From Choristocarpus tenellus KU-1152 (Eukaryota; Protista; Phaeophyceae), in NCBI GenBank assembly GCA_964200185.2, contig CAXNAD020000007.1:1-55366 (forward strand): 55,366 nt of DNA, read 5' to 3'. How positions within the stretch are numbered: position 1 is the stretch's first letter; each line of letters opens with the position of its first letter. Shown here piece by piece: positions 53,955-55,366 of the stretch. The position numbers were made by a program, and so were the translations under genes. The notes under the pieces are model-generated. The model was given only the letters and a program-made list of their open reading frames with translations, did not search any database and was not told the DNA's origin.

Positions 53955-53996
53955 GAGGTACAGTACCTGAGGTACAGTACCTGAGGTACAGTACCT
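53955..53996. repeat. 14-bp tandem repeat x3 with palindromic core
   Basis: GAGGTACAGTACCT; AGGTAC-A-GTACCT is an inverted repeat. Confidence 0.9.
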
Positions 53997-54048
53997 GGGA
54001 CCCGTTGTCGAGACGGCAGTGGTGCAAAGAGTACTTTCTGTGTAGTAC

Positions 54049-54181
54049 GGTGAACCTCAAAGGTGAACCTCAATGGTGAACCTCAATGGTGAACCTCAAT
54101 GGTGAACCTCAATGGTGAACCTCAATGGTGAACCCCAATGGTGAACCCCAAAGGTGAACCCCAAAGGTGAACCTCAAAGGT
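54049..54181. repeat. 13-bp tandem repeat x10
   Basis: GGTGAACC(T/C)CAA(T/A). Confidence 0.95.
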
Positions 54182-54279
54182 CAGATCTTTTGCGACAGGA
54201 CATGTTTGGATTGTGCTTGGTACTTGTCATGGTCACCGTGCTGTACCATTGCATTAGTTAATCGCTATTGTAGTTGTAT

Positions 54280-54635
54280 GTATTACAGCCATTATAAATA
54301 ATAATATATTATTGATAATGGTATTACGGGCATTATAAATGATATAATGTTATTAATGATGGCATTACAGCCATTATAAATAATATAATATTATTAATAA
54401 TGGTACTGCAGCCATTATAAATAATACAATGTTATTAATGATGGTATTACAGCCATTATAAATAATATAATATTATTAATAATGGTACTGCAGCCATTAT
54501 AAATAATATAATGGTATTAATGATGGTACTACAGCCATTATAAATAATACAATGTTATTAATAATGGTACCACAGCCATTATAAATCATATAATATTATA
54601 AATAATATAATGTTATTAATAATGGTACTACAGCC
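54280..54635. repeat. 41-bp AT-rich minisatellite, ~8.5 copies
   Basis: Consensus approximately GGTATTACAGCCATTATAAATAATATAATGTTATTAATAAT; CATTATAAAT recurs every 41 bp. Confidence 0.93.
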
Positions 54636-54670
54636 CTCCTGTACCACAAGTTCACACAAGTTCAACACCA

Positions 54671-55085
54671 GTACCTCTGTGTTATGGTACAGTGATGCAG
54701 TAGTGTGTTATGGTACAGTGATGCAGTAGTATGTTATGGTACAGTGATGCAGTAGTGTGTTATGGTACAGTGATGCAGTAGTATGTTATGGTACAGTGGT
54801 ACAGTAGTGTGTTATGGTACAGTGATGCAGTAGTATGTTATGGTACAGTGATGCAGTAGTATGTTATGGTACAGTGATGCAGTAGTGTGTTATGGTACAG
54901 TGGTACAGTAGTGTGTTATGGTACAGTGGTACAGTAGTGTGTTATGGTACAGTGATGCAGTAGTGTGTTATGGTACAGTGATGCAGTAGTGTGTTATGGT
55001 ACAGTGGTACAGTAGTGTGTTATGGTACAGTGGTACAGTAGTGTGTTATGGTACAGTGATGCAGTACCTCTGTGTTATGGTACAG
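54671..55085. repeat. 26-bp minisatellite, ~15.5 copies
   Basis: GTGTTATGGTACAGTG(AT/GT)(G/A)CAGTAGT; GTTATGGTAC recurs at 54681+26k. Confidence 0.95.
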
Positions 55086-55253
55086 GTCAATGTTGGTTCT
55101 CCCTCGAGATGCTACAGTTTGGTACAGTACACTGTGTGCTACAGTACACTGTATGGTACCATGAAGACCACGCCGGGTAACACTCTGGTACAGCTGCAGT
55201 GTCCACTACAAGCACAACTTGCAACTTTTTGGTACTCCTCATTTTCTGTTGTT

Positions 55254-55305
55254 CCTTGATAGCCTTGATAGGAGTGATAGGAGTGATAGCCTTGATAAGA
55301 GTGAT
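55254..55305. repeat. 9-bp degenerate tandem repeat (~6 copies)
   Basis: CCTTGATAG and GAGTGATAG units. Confidence 0.8.
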
Positions 55306-55366
55306 CCGTGTGTAGCTCAGACGAAACGTCAGTGTCCAAGGCGATTTCGTTTTTTTTTTCTCAATG

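Noticed and set aside
54049-55085. Possible CRISPR array
   Set aside because: The units are directly tandem with no unique spacers, there are no cas genes, and the context is eukaryotic.

Overview
This is eukaryotic nuclear DNA with GT-AG introns and CpG-poor introns; the gene family signatures suggest the green lineage (inference). Two spliced genes sit head-to-head with about 430 bp between their start codons. (1) Minus strand, 916..27042: a phosphatidylinositol-phosphate 5-kinase (PIP5K-type), reconstructed by hand from phase-consistent exons including a 20-nt micro-exon; its introns hold decayed mariner and Ty3/gypsy remnants. (2) Plus strand, 27471..44926: a 17-exon gene for a ~1040-aa protein with an unusual architecture. 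It has an NLS-like N-terminus, a ~700-aa G/S/T/A/Q/Y prion-like region with seven YPTTGST heptads, three HUA1/ZFN-type CCCH zinc fingers, a Ser/Thr-Pro linker, and a C-terminal plant-type (WW-less) Pin1 parvulin prolyl isomerase. This CCCH-Pin1 fusion is the main candidate novelty. The distal 10 kb holds a Tc1/IS630-like remnant, an AT-rich island and a dense cluster of different tandem repeats. Almost all ORFs in the supplied track are spurious or are fragments of these exons.
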